This document shows, one piece after another, positions 1 to 8,887 of a stretch of 64,000 nucleotides of DNA. Source of the stretch: Acidimicrobiia bacterium (GTDB lineage: Bacteria > Actinomycetota > Acidimicrobiia > Spongiisociales > ZC4RG35); contig JBOGEV010000281.1 of assembly GCA_050742015.1 (NCBI GenBank), forward strand, positions 6,141-70,140, written 5' to 3'. A program made the translations under genes and the position numbers. Numbering within the stretch: position 1 is the first letter of the stretch; each line of letters starts with the position of its first letter. The notes below the pieces were generated by a model, which saw only the letters and a list, made by a program, of their open reading frames with translations, did no database searches and had not been told where the DNA came from.

Positions 1-1473
1 CCAGTTGATCGTGGTGGTCTGGCGGCGCATGTACCCCTTCCAGGCGTCGGAACCGGCCTCCCGCCCGCCGCCGGTCTCCTTCTCCCCACCGAAGGCGCCC
101 CCGATCTCGGCCCCGGATGTGCCGATGTTCACATTTGCGATGCCGCAGTCCGATCCGACGGCGCTGAGGAACTTCTCCGCATTCCGGATCGACTCGGTGA
201 ATATCGCCGAGGAGAGACCCTGGGTCACCCCGTTCTGAATCTCGATCGCCTCCTCCAGGGTGTCGAATTCGATCATCCAGAGGATGGGGGCGAATGTCTC
301 CTGTTGCGTGATCGACGCCTCTTTGGGAACCACGGCGATGGTGGGCTCGACGAAGAAGCCGGGCCGGTCGAGACGGTTGCCACCGGTGACGATCCTGGCC
401 CCCTGCTCCCGGGCCGTGTCGAGGGCGCTCATCATCTGTTCAACGGCCCGCTCCCCGGTCAAGGGGCCCATCAGGGTCCCGGTCTCGAGGGGGTCGCCGA
501 TGTTGACCTGCTTGTAGGCCTCGGTGAGACGACTCACCAGCTTGTCGGCGACGGCGCGGTGGACGAGGAGGCGGCGGAGGCTCGTGCATCTCTGCCCGGC
601 GGTGCCCACTGCCGAGAACAGAGTCGCCCGTATCGCCAAATCGAGGTCGGCGTCGTCCATGACGATGACCGCGTTGTTGCCGCCGAGCTCGAGGATGGTT
701 CGGCCCATGCGGGCGGCGACCGCCGGGCCGACGATGCGACCCATGTCGCACGAGCCGGTGGCCGAGATCAACGGGAGCCTGTTGTCCTGGTTCATTCGGG
801 CCCCGACGGTCGTCCCGTCACCGACCGCGAGGTTGAACAGGCCCTCGAAACCGGAGCCTTGCATCACCTCGTTGGCGATGCGGGTGACCGCGATGGCGCT
901 CAGAGGAGTCCGCTCCGATGGCTTCCACAACACAGTGTCGCCGCATACGGCGGCCAGGGCCGAGTTCCACGACCAAACGGCGACAGGGAAGTTGAAGGCC
1001 GAGATCACGCCTACCGGGCCGAGCGGGTGCCAATGCTCGTACATGCGGTGGTTGGGCCGCTCCGAGGCCATCGTGTTTCCGTAGAGCTGGCGGGATAGTC
1101 CGACGGCGAAGTCGCAGATGTCGACCATCTCCTGCACCTCGCCGATGCCTTCAGGGAGGATCTTTCCCATCTCCAACGTGACCAGGGCGCCCAACGGCTC
1201 GATGTTCTCCCGGAGTGCGTCGCCGAGCCGGCGGACATACTGCCCCCGCACCGGCGCCGGCAGTAGTCGCCACCGCTCGAAGGTCTCCACCGAGCTATCG
1301 GCGACCCGGTCGTAGTCGTCCCCGGATGCCATTCCGACCGTGGCCAGGGTCTCCCCGGTGGTCGGGTTGACGACATCGACCTGCTCGCCGGTCGGGTCCA
1401 GCCACTCGCCGGCGAAGACACCGCTGTTGTGCTCGCTCAGATGAAGCGCGTCGAAGATGTCTGCCTTGTTCAT
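1..1473 (-). CDS. Aldehyde dehydrogenase, ALDH7 / piperideine-6-carboxylate (alpha-aminoadipic semialdehyde) dehydrogenase-like; 3' end cut by the window edge
   Basis: Absent from the ORF track because the frame runs off the left edge. My minus-strand translation from ATG (complement of 1471-1473) reads MNKADIFDALHLSEHNSGVFAGEW...ELGGNNA...GTAGQRCTS...GAFGGEKETGGGREAGSDAWKGYMRRQTTTINW. This carries the ALDH Glu/Cys catalytic motifs and the ALDH7-type C-terminal signature. The + ORF 304..1098 is its antisense shadow. Confidence 0.85.
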   Translation of the reverse strand, partial: MNKADIFDALHLSEHNSGVFAGEWLDPTGEQVDVVNPTTGETLATVGMASGDDYDRVADSSVETFERWRLLPAPVRGQYVRRLGDALRENIEPLGALVTLEMGKILPEGIGEVQEMVDICDFAVGLSRQLYGNTMASERPNHRMYEHWHPLGPVGVISAFNFPVAVWSWNSALAAVCGDTVLWKPSERTPLSAIAVTRIANEVMQGSGFEGLFNLAVGDGTTVGARMNQDNRLPLISATGSCDMGRIVGPAVAARMGRTILELGGNNAVIVMDDADLDLAIRATLFSAVGTAGQRCTSLRRLLVHRAVADKLVSRLTEAYKQVNIGDPLETGTLMGPLTGERAVEQMMSALDTAREQGARIVTGGNRLDRPGFFVEPTIAVVPKEASITQQETFAPILWMIEFDTLEEAIEIQNGVTQGLSSAIFTESIRNAEKFLSAVGSDCGIANVNIGTSGAEIGGAFGGEKETGGGREAGSDAWKGYMRRQTTTINW

Positions 1474-1850
1474 CGCGCCGCCACCACTTCGATCTCAACG
1501 AGAAAGCCCCCGGGGAGCGCGCCCGCCTGGATCGCGGAGCGGGCGGGCGGCTCGGTGCCGAAATACGAGGCGTAGACCTCGTTCACCTTGGGATAGTCGC
1601 CCATGTCGGCGAGGAAGATCGTCGTCTTGGCGATGTCGCCATAGCTCAGCCCGAGGTCCCCGAGGATGGACCCGATGTTGTCCATCACCTGCCGGGCCTG
1701 GATCTCGATGTCGTCCGGCCGGCGCTCTCCGCTAGCCGGGTCGAGGGCGACCTGGCCACTGAGGAACACCAATCCTCCGGCCTCCGTGGCGAAGGAATAA
1801 GGACCCATTGCATTGGGCGCGGATGGGGTCGCGGGCACGGTCTTGGGCAA
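1470..1850 (-). CDS. RidA (YjgF/YER057c/UK114) family reactive-intermediate deaminase
   Basis: ORF 1470..1901. The sequence APNAMGPYSFATEAGGLVFLSGQVALDP...TTIFLADMGDYPKVNEVYASYF...PARSAIQAGALPGGFLVEIEVVA is full-length RidA-like. I placed the start at TTG 1850 (MPKTVPATPSAP) by family length. Its stop overlaps the ALDH start (ATGA). Confidence 0.8.
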   Translation of the reverse strand: MPKTVPATPSAPNAMGPYSFATEAGGLVFLSGQVALDPASGERRPDDIEIQARQVMDNIGSILGDLGLSYGDIAKTTIFLADMGDYPKVNEVYASYFGTEPPARSAIQAGALPGGFLVEIEVVAAR

Positions 1851-1924
1851 TTCAAGGACTCCTGGTTGTACCGGGCGGAGGCTACCCCGGGGGCAGCCCA
1901 ACCCTTACTCGAGGAGATGGCGCC

Positions 1925-1995
1925 CGTTTCTCTCCGAGCGAGCCAAGCGAGCGTTGGTGGGAGTTCCCCGGGAGACGGGAGGAGGGGTTCTTCTC
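1925..1995 (+). repeat. Copy A of a dispersed intergenic hairpin repeat (REP-like)
   Basis: CGTTTCTCTCC..GGTGGGAGTTCCCCGGGAGACGGGAGGAGGGGTTCTTCTC aligns with 30131-30189 and 47625-47665. It lies between the HesB and RidA genes. Confidence 0.5.
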
Positions 1996-2004
1996 TATCG
2001 GCCC

Positions 2005-2038
2005 AGCGCCATATATGGCGCTACGTACCTCAGGTACG
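2005..2038 (-). terminator. Two adjacent palindromic hairpins just after the HesB/IscA stop codon
   Basis: AGCGCCATATATGGCGCT (2005-2022, perfect 18-bp palindrome) and CGTACCTCAGGTACG (2024-2038). They start 3 nt downstream of the minus-strand stop at 2041-2043. There is no U-tract. Confidence 0.4.
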
Positions 2039-2040
2039 CG

Positions 2041-2403
2041 TTAGGAGAACGAGTTGCCGCACCCGCAGGTGCGGCTGACGTTGGGGTTGTTGATGGAGAA
2101 GCCGGCGCCCATCAAGCCGTCCTTGTAGTCGAGGGTCGAGCCCTTGACCATCTCGGCGCTCTGCGGATCGACCACGACCCGGACCTCGCCGAACTCCTCG
2201 ACGATGTCGGTGTCGTCTATCTGACTGTCGAAGTACATCTCGTACGAGAACCCGCTGCACCCGCCTGGGCGGACCGCCATGCGAAGGGCGAGATCGGCCT
2301 CGCCTTCGGCCGCGATCAACTCGCCGATCTTCTCGACGGCGAAGTCGGTCACCTCGACCGTCTTCTCGGGCTTGTTCGACTTGATGCTGAGAATCTGCGT
2401 CAT
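2041..2403 (-). CDS. HesB/IscA-type (A-type) iron-sulfur cluster carrier
   Basis: ORF of 120 aa. RMAVRPGGCSGFSYEMYFD ... GAGFSINNPNVSRTCGCGNSFS shows the Cys...Cys-Gly-Cys triad of A-type carriers. Confidence 0.9.
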   Translation of the reverse strand: MTQILSIKSNKPEKTVEVTDFAVEKIGELIAAEGEADLALRMAVRPGGCSGFSYEMYFDSQIDDTDIVEEFGEVRVVVDPQSAEMVKGSTLDYKDGLMGAGFSINNPNVSRTCGCGNSFS

Positions 2404-2499
2404 TCCTGAACCTGGTTGCCTACCACGTCAATGATAACCGGCTGACACCCTACGACCATTCCCACTACATGAATAGGGGAAATTACCATTGGAAGGGCA

Positions 2500-3639
2500 A
2501 TGGTCACCCGTGATGACGTTCTCAAGACGCTGGAAGGTGTCCGCGACCCTGAGCTGGGCGGCAACATCGTCGAGCTGGGAATGGTCACCGACGTCGACGT
2601 CCTCGATGCTTCGGTAGAGGTCGGGATCGCCCTGACCATCGCCGAGTGCCCCTTGCGCAACCAGATCGAGAACGACACCCGTCGCCGGGTCGCGGCCATG
2701 GTCGGAGTGGAGCGGGTCGAGGTTCGGACCACGGCGATGACGAAGAAGCAACGAGCGGGTCTCATGTCGATCGCCCGGGCCAAGGCACGGGAGGGAGCCG
2801 AACCCACTCAGGTCTCCCCCACCACGAGGGTCATCGCCGTCGGGTCGGGCAAGGGGGGAGTCGGCAAGTCCTCGATAGCGGTGAACATCGCCGTGGCCAT
2901 GGCCGGAGCCGGGTTCCGGGTTGGCCTGCTCGATGCCGACATCTGGGGCTTCTCGACGCCACGGATGCTCGGGGTCGAGGATCGCCTCGAGGCAGACGAA
3001 GCCACCAAGTTGATTGTCCCGGTCGAGGCACGCGGCGTGAAGCTGGTCTCCACGGGCTTGATCATCGAAACCGAGGAGACCGCGCTCATGTGGCGCGGGC
3101 TGATGCTCTCCAAGGCACTCGAGCAGTTCCTGAAGCAGGTGGAGTGGGGAGACCTCGACTACCTGATCATCGATCTGCCCCCGGGTACCGGCGACATACA
3201 GATGGCCCTGACCCGCATGCTCCCTCAGGCGGAGATGGTTGTGGTTACCACCCCACAACGGGCCGCGCAGAAGGTCGCGATCCGCGTGGCCGACATGGCG
3301 CGCCGGTCACACATGCCCGTCGTTGGAGTGGTCGAGAACATGGCCGGGCTTGCTTGCTCCTGCGGCCGGGTCCACGACGTGTTCGGGCAGGGTGGCGGCC
3401 TCGAGTTGGCCGATGACCTGGGCGTCCCTCTGATCGCCTCAATCCCACTCGACCCCGAAGTCGTGCCAGGAGGTGACCACGGGATGCCCGTCGTGCTCAC
3501 AGACACCGACTCCCCGGCGGGCACAGCCCTGCGGGAAGCGGCCGAGCGCCTGGTTCAGCTGGTGCCCCCGGCGGACCTCGAGACCTGCACGGGTCGCATC
3601 GCAAAGATCCTGACCGAGTTGGAGGAGTTGCCGGCCTAG
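2500..3639 (+). CDS. apbC: Mrp/ApbC/NBP35-family Fe-S cluster carrier ATPase with an N-terminal DUF59-like domain
   Basis: ORF of 379 aa. The N-terminus VLKTLEGVRDPELGGNIVELGMV is MIP18/DUF59-like. It has the deviant Walker A VGSGKGGVGKSS and a CSCG motif. It is divergent from the A-type carrier gene. Confidence 0.9.
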   Translation: MVTRDDVLKTLEGVRDPELGGNIVELGMVTDVDVLDASVEVGIALTIAECPLRNQIENDTRRRVAAMVGVERVEVRTTAMTKKQRAGLMSIARAKAREGAEPTQVSPTTRVIAVGSGKGGVGKSSIAVNIAVAMAGAGFRVGLLDADIWGFSTPRMLGVEDRLEADEATKLIVPVEARGVKLVSTGLIIETEETALMWRGLMLSKALEQFLKQVEWGDLDYLIIDLPPGTGDIQMALTRMLPQAEMVVVTTPQRAAQKVAIRVADMARRSHMPVVGVVENMAGLACSCGRVHDVFGQGGGLELADDLGVPLIASIPLDPEVVPGGDHGMPVVLTDTDSPAGTALREAAERLVQLVPPADLETCTGRIAKILTELEELPA

Positions 3640-3649
3640 TGGCCCGTCG

Positions 3650-4234
3650 CTAGCTCTTCTTGCCGCCGCCGAGCAGACCTCCCAACAGATCGCCCAACGG
3701 GTCCGAAGCGCCGGCGGAGCCTCCGCCACCACCGAGGAGCCCGCCGAGCAGGTCGCCGAGCCCGCCCGTACCGCCAGTCGCGCCGCCGAGGAGGTCGCCG
3801 AGGTCACCACCCCCACCGGCCGGAGCGGCACTCGTCTGACCCTGCCCGAAGAACTTTCCGGCAAGCCAGGACATGACCAGAGGGGCGAGGATCGGGAGCA
3901 GCTTGGACATGATCCCGGCACCGCCACTCTGGCCGCCGAGTTTGTTGATCACCTGGTCCGTGTTGTCACCGAAGACATTGCCCACGATGGCCTCGCCGTC
4001 AGCGGTGTCCACCGCGCCCAGGTCGAGGCCTTCGAGCGACATCCCGGTGTGCTGGCTGAGCGCGTTCGTCAGCGATGCCGCGCCCCCGGAATCCTGGGCG
4101 TTTGCCTGCAAACCCCCGAGCAGGGCGGGGACGGCCTGACGGGCGGCCTGCTCCGCGCTGGCCTCGTCCGTCCCGAGCTGTTCCGCCAGTTGTCCCATCG
4201 GTATCTGGGACAGAATTTCCTCTATCGGGTCCAT
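3650..4234 (-). CDS. DUF937-like protein with a Gly/Leu-rich C-terminal tail
   Basis: ORF 3650..4270. I moved the start to ATG 4234 (MDPIEEILSQIPMGQLAEQLG), which is preceded by GGAAGGAG. The DUF937 resemblance is recalled from memory. The C-terminus has repeated GDLLGGLLGG. Confidence 0.6.
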   Translation of the reverse strand: MDPIEEILSQIPMGQLAEQLGTDEASAEQAARQAVPALLGGLQANAQDSGGAASLTNALSQHTGMSLEGLDLGAVDTADGEAIVGNVFGDNTDQVINKLGGQSGGAGIMSKLLPILAPLVMSWLAGKFFGQGQTSAAPAGGGGDLGDLLGGATGGTGGLGDLLGGLLGGGGGSAGASDPLGDLLGGLLGGGKKS

Positions 4235-4294
4235 GTCCGAACTCCTTCCGCCGCGGTCGATCGGCGGCACGGCCCGGAACCTACGCCGATGTGA

Positions 4295-4771
4295 TCAGGT
4301 CTTGGGCGGGAGCCAGAGATCGAAGGTGAGCGGCTTTCTCTCCACCCCTTCGACCACATAGGTGCTCATCACCTTGTCGGCGATGGTCTGCCGCTTGGCA
4401 TCGACGAGGGGAAGGAGCCAGCCCAGGCCGCAGATGATCGAGTCCAGGATGTGAGCGAACTTGCGACCGATCCCGGGCCCGGTCCCGATCACGTCGCCTG
4501 AGACGTTCACCACCCGGGTTCCCATAATGGCCTTGCCCGGGGTCTGCCCGGTGAGACCATCGAGATACCCCATGTATGCGGTGTAGGCCAGTCCGGCCAA
4601 CCCGGCCAGGCCACTGAGGAAGAAGCTTCGGTTCCAGCCGAAGATCAGGCCCAGGATCAAACCGGGGGCGATGTCGATCAGATAGCCCAGGGCGCGGGTT
4701 CCCCACGAGGCGAGATTGGCCGGGCTGGCGACCGGCTGTTCCGTCGGGAACTCGGGTGGGGGGGTGGTCAC
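4295..4771 (-). CDS. RDD family membrane protein
   Basis: ORF 4295..4897. WGTRALGYLIDIAPGLILGL...GQTPGKAIMGTRVV...RQTIADKVMSTYVV is the RDD pattern. I placed the start at GTG 4771, preceded by AGGAGA. Confidence 0.7.
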   Translation of the reverse strand: MTTPPPEFPTEQPVASPANLASWGTRALGYLIDIAPGLILGLIFGWNRSFFLSGLAGLAGLAYTAYMGYLDGLTGQTPGKAIMGTRVVNVSGDVIGTGPGIGRKFAHILDSIICGLGWLLPLVDAKRQTIADKVMSTYVVEGVERKPLTFDLWLPPKT

Positions 4772-4968
4772 TTCGTCTCCTCTCGCGGTCCAGGGCCGTC
4801 GCATTGAAGCAGCAGGGATGGCCCGATGTCGGCCGAACCGGTCCCGGCAGGAGCCGGGTGCGGCGCGCCGATATGCTTGGCCCATGGACCCCGCCACCAG
4901 ATGCTCAGGCGGGCCCGAAGCGGACGGCGCCTCCGCATGTCCCGATCCCCGGTGAGCTCCGGACCGTC

Positions 4969-7900
4969 ATGAGCAGCCTCGATCTGCACCACTCCCTGTA
5001 TTTGCCGCGCTACCTCATCGAGTGGCAGATGCGAGCCGGCGCCTCCGATCATGAGCTGGTGGAGGGGACCCTGCTCTTCGCCGACATATCCGGATTCACG
5101 ACGCTCTCGGAACAGCTGGCGACCCGGGGACGGATTGGGTCGGAGCACATCACGGACGTGCTCAACGGCGCCTTCTCCGAGCTCCTCGATGTCGCGGCCC
5201 TGGACGGCGGCGACCTCCTCTCCTTCGGTGGCGACGCGCTGCTCGTCTTGTTCCACGGGAACCAGCACGCCGAGCGTGCGGCTCACTCGGCGTTCGAGAT
5301 GCGCGCCGCGCTCGACGAGTATCAGAAGACATCGAGCCCGGTGCCCCTGGCCATCTCTATCGGGGTCGCCTCCGGCATGATCGCCCTCCTCCTGGCCGGT
5401 TCGACCAGCCGAGAGTTGATAATCGTCGGCCCGGTGGTCGACGACCTGGTCGAGATCGAGAGCCTGGCCGATGCCGGCGAGATTCTGCTGGCGCCATCAA
5501 CTGCGGCGCTGCTCGACGACGAGGTGGTCGGAGCGACCAAGGGCCACGGGGTGGTCCTCGACAACGCGCCCGAGGCCGACGAGCACGAGCACGAGCCGCC
5601 CGAAGAAGCCCACATTGACCCAGCCGTCGCCTTCGATGGCTACTTGCCGGCACCGCTTCGCAAGCACCTGACTCTCACCTTCAACGAGGGTGAGCATCGC
5701 CTGGCCAACGTCGCGTTCGTCGTGTTGGCCGGCCTGGGCGCCATCACCGAGAGCCGTGGACTCGGCGGCGCCGCCCAGGATCTCGATCGCGTCGTGGGGG
5801 CGGTGCAGGACATCGCAGATCGGTTCGGTGTGAGTTTCCTGGCCAGTGATGTCGCCGCCGACGGCGTGAAGTTGATCCTGGCCACAGGTGTGCCCGAGCG
5901 CACGGACGCCGAAGAGGATCGGATCCTGCGGGCCGTGGGTGAGATCTCCCAACTCGAGACCTCGTGCGTGGTCACGGCGGGAGTGGCCCGAGGCAACGTC
6001 TTTGCCGGGGACCTCGGCTCCCGCACCCGACGGGTCTACACGATCATCGGAGACACGGTGAATCTGGCAGCGCGGCTGGCAACGGCAGCAAGCCCGGGAG
6101 ATGCCCTGGTGACCGAATCGATCCTCGACCGGGCCAAGAGCCTTTTCGACGTCACCCGACTTCCGCCAATGACCCTCAAGGGGATCAGCAAGCCGCTGGC
6201 CCCGTACCGCCTGGGTGCGATGATCGGCTCCGGAGCCGGGCGAGCCGCCCCCCGCTATCCCCTCATTGGTCGTGACGCAGAGCTGAGCGTTCTGATCCAG
6301 GCGTCCGACGATGCCGTGAGGAGCCAGGGCTCGGTGATCGATCTGATCGGACCGGCGGGTATCGGAAAGACCCGATTGCTTCAGGAGATGATCGACCGGG
6401 TCGACCTTCGGTTGGTCTACGCGGCCGGCGAGCCATATGAGACGGCAACCGCCTTCCATGTCGCCGGCCAGATCCTTCGCGGCGCCCTGGATCTCCCAGA
6501 ACACAAGGACTCCGACGAGCTTGGCGGATTGCTGCTCGATGCGATCGGGCAGATGGCGCCGCAGCTCATCCCTTGGGCTCCTCTGCTTGCCCGTGTCGCC
6601 GGGGCCCGGGTGGCGATGACAGCCGAGGTCGCAGACTTGGGAGATTCGTTCCAGACCCAGAAGGCCAACGAAGTCGTCGAGGGCTTGCTGGGGACCGTGC
6701 TTACCGAGCCAACCCTCATCATCGTCGACTCCGCCGAATGGGCCGATGCCGCTTCGCTCGACACAATCGAACATCTCCTGGGAGATGTCTCATCGCGGCC
6801 TTGGCTGACGATCATCAGCCGTCGCCCGGGCGACACCTGGCCCGCGATCCCCGACGCGATCTCCCTGGAGCTCGGGGGACTTGCCCCCAACGACATCCGA
6901 AGCCTCCTGGCCCACGCCGTTGGCGAGGCCGAGCTGGCCGTCCCCGTCCTCGACAAGATCGCCCTGCGGTCCGGTGGCACCCCCTTCTTTCTGCTGGCCC
7001 TGGCCCGAGCCGCCATGGACGGCGACGACACGCTTCCCGAGAGCATCGAGGCCGCCGCGGCGGCGCGCGTCGACCGCCTCGATCTCAAAGACCGGCGGAT
7101 GCTGCGTTACGCCGCCGCCCTCGGACGCCAATTCAACGTCGACATGCTCGCCGATTCCGCCGGCGAGCTGGCGCCGATGCTGGACGACCGAGCGGTGTGG
7201 GACCGACTCGGCGAGTTCCTGGAGGTCACGACGACGGGGACCGTGCGCTTTCGCCAGCCCATCATGCGGGATGTCGCCTACTCGGGTCTTCCCTACGGGA
7301 GACGCATCGAGCTTCACGCTGTCATCGGCGAAGCTCTGGAGCGACGGGCCCGCCAACGGCCCGAGCGATACGCCGAGTTGCTCTCCCTGCACTTCGCAGA
7401 AGCACAGGACGATGCCAAGACCTGGACCTATGCGGTCATGGCGGCAGAGCGGGCCAGTCGAAAGCATGCACCGGTGGTGGCCGTTGAGCACTATCGAAGA
7501 GCGCTCGCCGCGGCACGAAAGCAGCCCGATGTGGTGCCGGCCGCCGAGGTCGCCGACGCCGCCGAGGCCCTGGGTGACGTCGCAGACCGGGCGGGGCTCC
7601 TCGACGAAGCGTGGGCGGCATATGAGGAAGCGGACGCCCTTGCCGGGCATGAACCGATTCGAAAGGGACGACTGCTCCGGAAACAGGCCATGGTCAAGGA
7701 GAAGCTCGGAGATTACGGGACTGCGCTCGAGTTGCTCGACGAGGGCCTCGAGCTCCTGAATGGCACCGAGCCCTCCTCCGAGGTGCAGCAAGAGCGATTG
7801 GACGCCCAATTGCTCTATGCCGGTGTACTCAACCGCAAGGGAGAGAACGAGCAGAGTGTCGAGTGGTGTCTGCTGGCGCTCGAGGACGCCGAGCGGGCCG

Positions 7901-8778
7901 GATACGAAGCCGGAGTGGCTCATGCCTCCAACCTGCTCGAAACCAACTACACCGATTTGAACCATCCGGAGCGCGGCTCAGCCTATGGGAGAGCGCTCGA
8001 GATCTACCGGGGCCTCGGCGACCTGGTTGGTGAGGCCAAAGTCCTCAACAACCTCGGCTACAACGACTACTTCCTCGGTGACTGGTCGGCAGCGGCCGAG
8101 CATTGGGAAGCGAGCGCGACCGCCTCCTCACGCGCGGGCGACATCGTCACTGCGGCCATGGTGATGAACAACCTTGCAGAGATCGACATCGACCGAGGGC
8201 TGCTCGAAGATGCCACCCCACGACTCGAGGAAGCCATGCGCATCTGGCGGGGGGCGCGATTCCCGCTGGGTGTCGCCTTCGTGCACGCCAATCTGGGGCG
8301 GGTCGACGGGCGGGCCCACCGCCCGGACCGCGCCGCGGAGCATCTCGACGCCGCCGAGCGGACCTTCTCCGAGGTCGGCAGCACACACGGTGTCCTCGAT
8401 GTCCGGATGCGGCGCATCGAGGCCTGGCTGGTGGAGGGTGATTGGCCACGGGCCCTCCCCGCCATCGACGAGGCCCTGAACGAAGCCGAATCGCTGGACG
8501 GATCGACGGTGCTCCGCGCCGGGATGCACCGTCTGCGCGGGCTCGGGCTCCTCCAGGCATCCCGCCCGGTCCCGGCACGAGAGGCGCTGGAGACCTCGCT
8601 GGCGCTCGCCGTCGAGGCACAAGCGAGGTTCGAGGAAGGGCTCACACTCCACGCCCTCTCGGTGTGGGCGGCCACCACGGGCGCGGAGGATCTCTGGGCC
8701 GAGGCGGGCCGGGCCATCCTCGACGACCTCGGAGTGGTCAGCCCCCCTCCGATCCCGGCCACCGCTCAGCATCGCTAG
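4969..8778 (+). CDS. Tandem class III nucleotidyl cyclase domains + P-loop NTPase + TPR region (STAND-type signalling protein, no HTH)
   Basis: ORF 4756..8778; I placed the start at ATG 4969 (MSSLDLHH). Cyclase domain 1 has LLFADISGFTTLSE...FGGDALLVLFHG. Domain 2 has GVKLILATG...YTIIGDTVNLAARLATAA. Walker A is LIGPAGIGKTRLL. The C-terminal half is helical and TPR-like. Confidence 0.85.
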   Translation: MSSLDLHHSLYLPRYLIEWQMRAGASDHELVEGTLLFADISGFTTLSEQLATRGRIGSEHITDVLNGAFSELLDVAALDGGDLLSFGGDALLVLFHGNQHAERAAHSAFEMRAALDEYQKTSSPVPLAISIGVASGMIALLLAGSTSRELIIVGPVVDDLVEIESLADAGEILLAPSTAALLDDEVVGATKGHGVVLDNAPEADEHEHEPPEEAHIDPAVAFDGYLPAPLRKHLTLTFNEGEHRLANVAFVVLAGLGAITESRGLGGAAQDLDRVVGAVQDIADRFGVSFLASDVAADGVKLILATGVPERTDAEEDRILRAVGEISQLETSCVVTAGVARGNVFAGDLGSRTRRVYTIIGDTVNLAARLATAASPGDALVTESILDRAKSLFDVTRLPPMTLKGISKPLAPYRLGAMIGSGAGRAAPRYPLIGRDAELSVLIQASDDAVRSQGSVIDLIGPAGIGKTRLLQEMIDRVDLRLVYAAGEPYETATAFHVAGQILRGALDLPEHKDSDELGGLLLDAIGQMAPQLIPWAPLLARVAGARVAMTAEVADLGDSFQTQKANEVVEGLLGTVLTEPTLIIVDSAEWADAASLDTIEHLLGDVSSRPWLTIISRRPGDTWPAIPDAISLELGGLAPNDIRSLLAHAVGEAELAVPVLDKIALRSGGTPFFLLALARAAMDGDDTLPESIEAAAAARVDRLDLKDRRMLRYAAALGRQFNVDMLADSAGELAPMLDDRAVWDRLGEFLEVTTTGTVRFRQPIMRDVAYSGLPYGRRIELHAVIGEALERRARQRPERYAELLSLHFAEAQDDAKTWTYAVMAAERASRKHAPVVAVEHYRRALAAARKQPDVVPAAEVADAAEALGDVADRAGLLDEAWAAYEEADALAGHEPIRKGRLLRKQAMVKEKLGDYGTALELLDEGLELLNGTEPSSEVQQERLDAQLLYAGVLNRKGENEQSVEWCLLALEDAERAGYEAGVAHASNLLETNYTDLNHPERGSAYGRALEIYRGLGDLVGEAKVLNNLGYNDYFLGDWSAAAEHWEASATASSRAGDIVTAAMVMNNLAEIDIDRGLLEDATPRLEEAMRIWRGARFPLGVAFVHANLGRVDGRAHRPDRAAEHLDAAERTFSEVGSTHGVLDVRMRRIEAWLVEGDWPRALPAIDEALNEAESLDGSTVLRAGMHRLRGLGLLQASRPVPAREALETSLALAVEAQARFEEGLTLHALSVWAATTGAEDLWAEAGRAILDDLGVVSPPPIPATAQHR

Positions 8779-8792
8779 GGTCCCGGCACGTT

Positions 8793-8806
8793 CTCTTCGG
8801 GAAGAG
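8793..8806 (+). terminator. Short hairpin after the cyclase/STAND gene
   Basis: CTCTTcgggAAGAG lies 15 nt after the stop at 8778 and is nested inside CCCGGC...GCCGGG. It is weak and has no U-tract. Confidence 0.3.
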
Positions 8807-8887
8807 GGCGCACCGCCGGGTGGGCAGGCGGCCGCTGGGGACGTGGCCACCGAGCACTCCCGCGCGAATACGAGGGAGTGGGCATTC

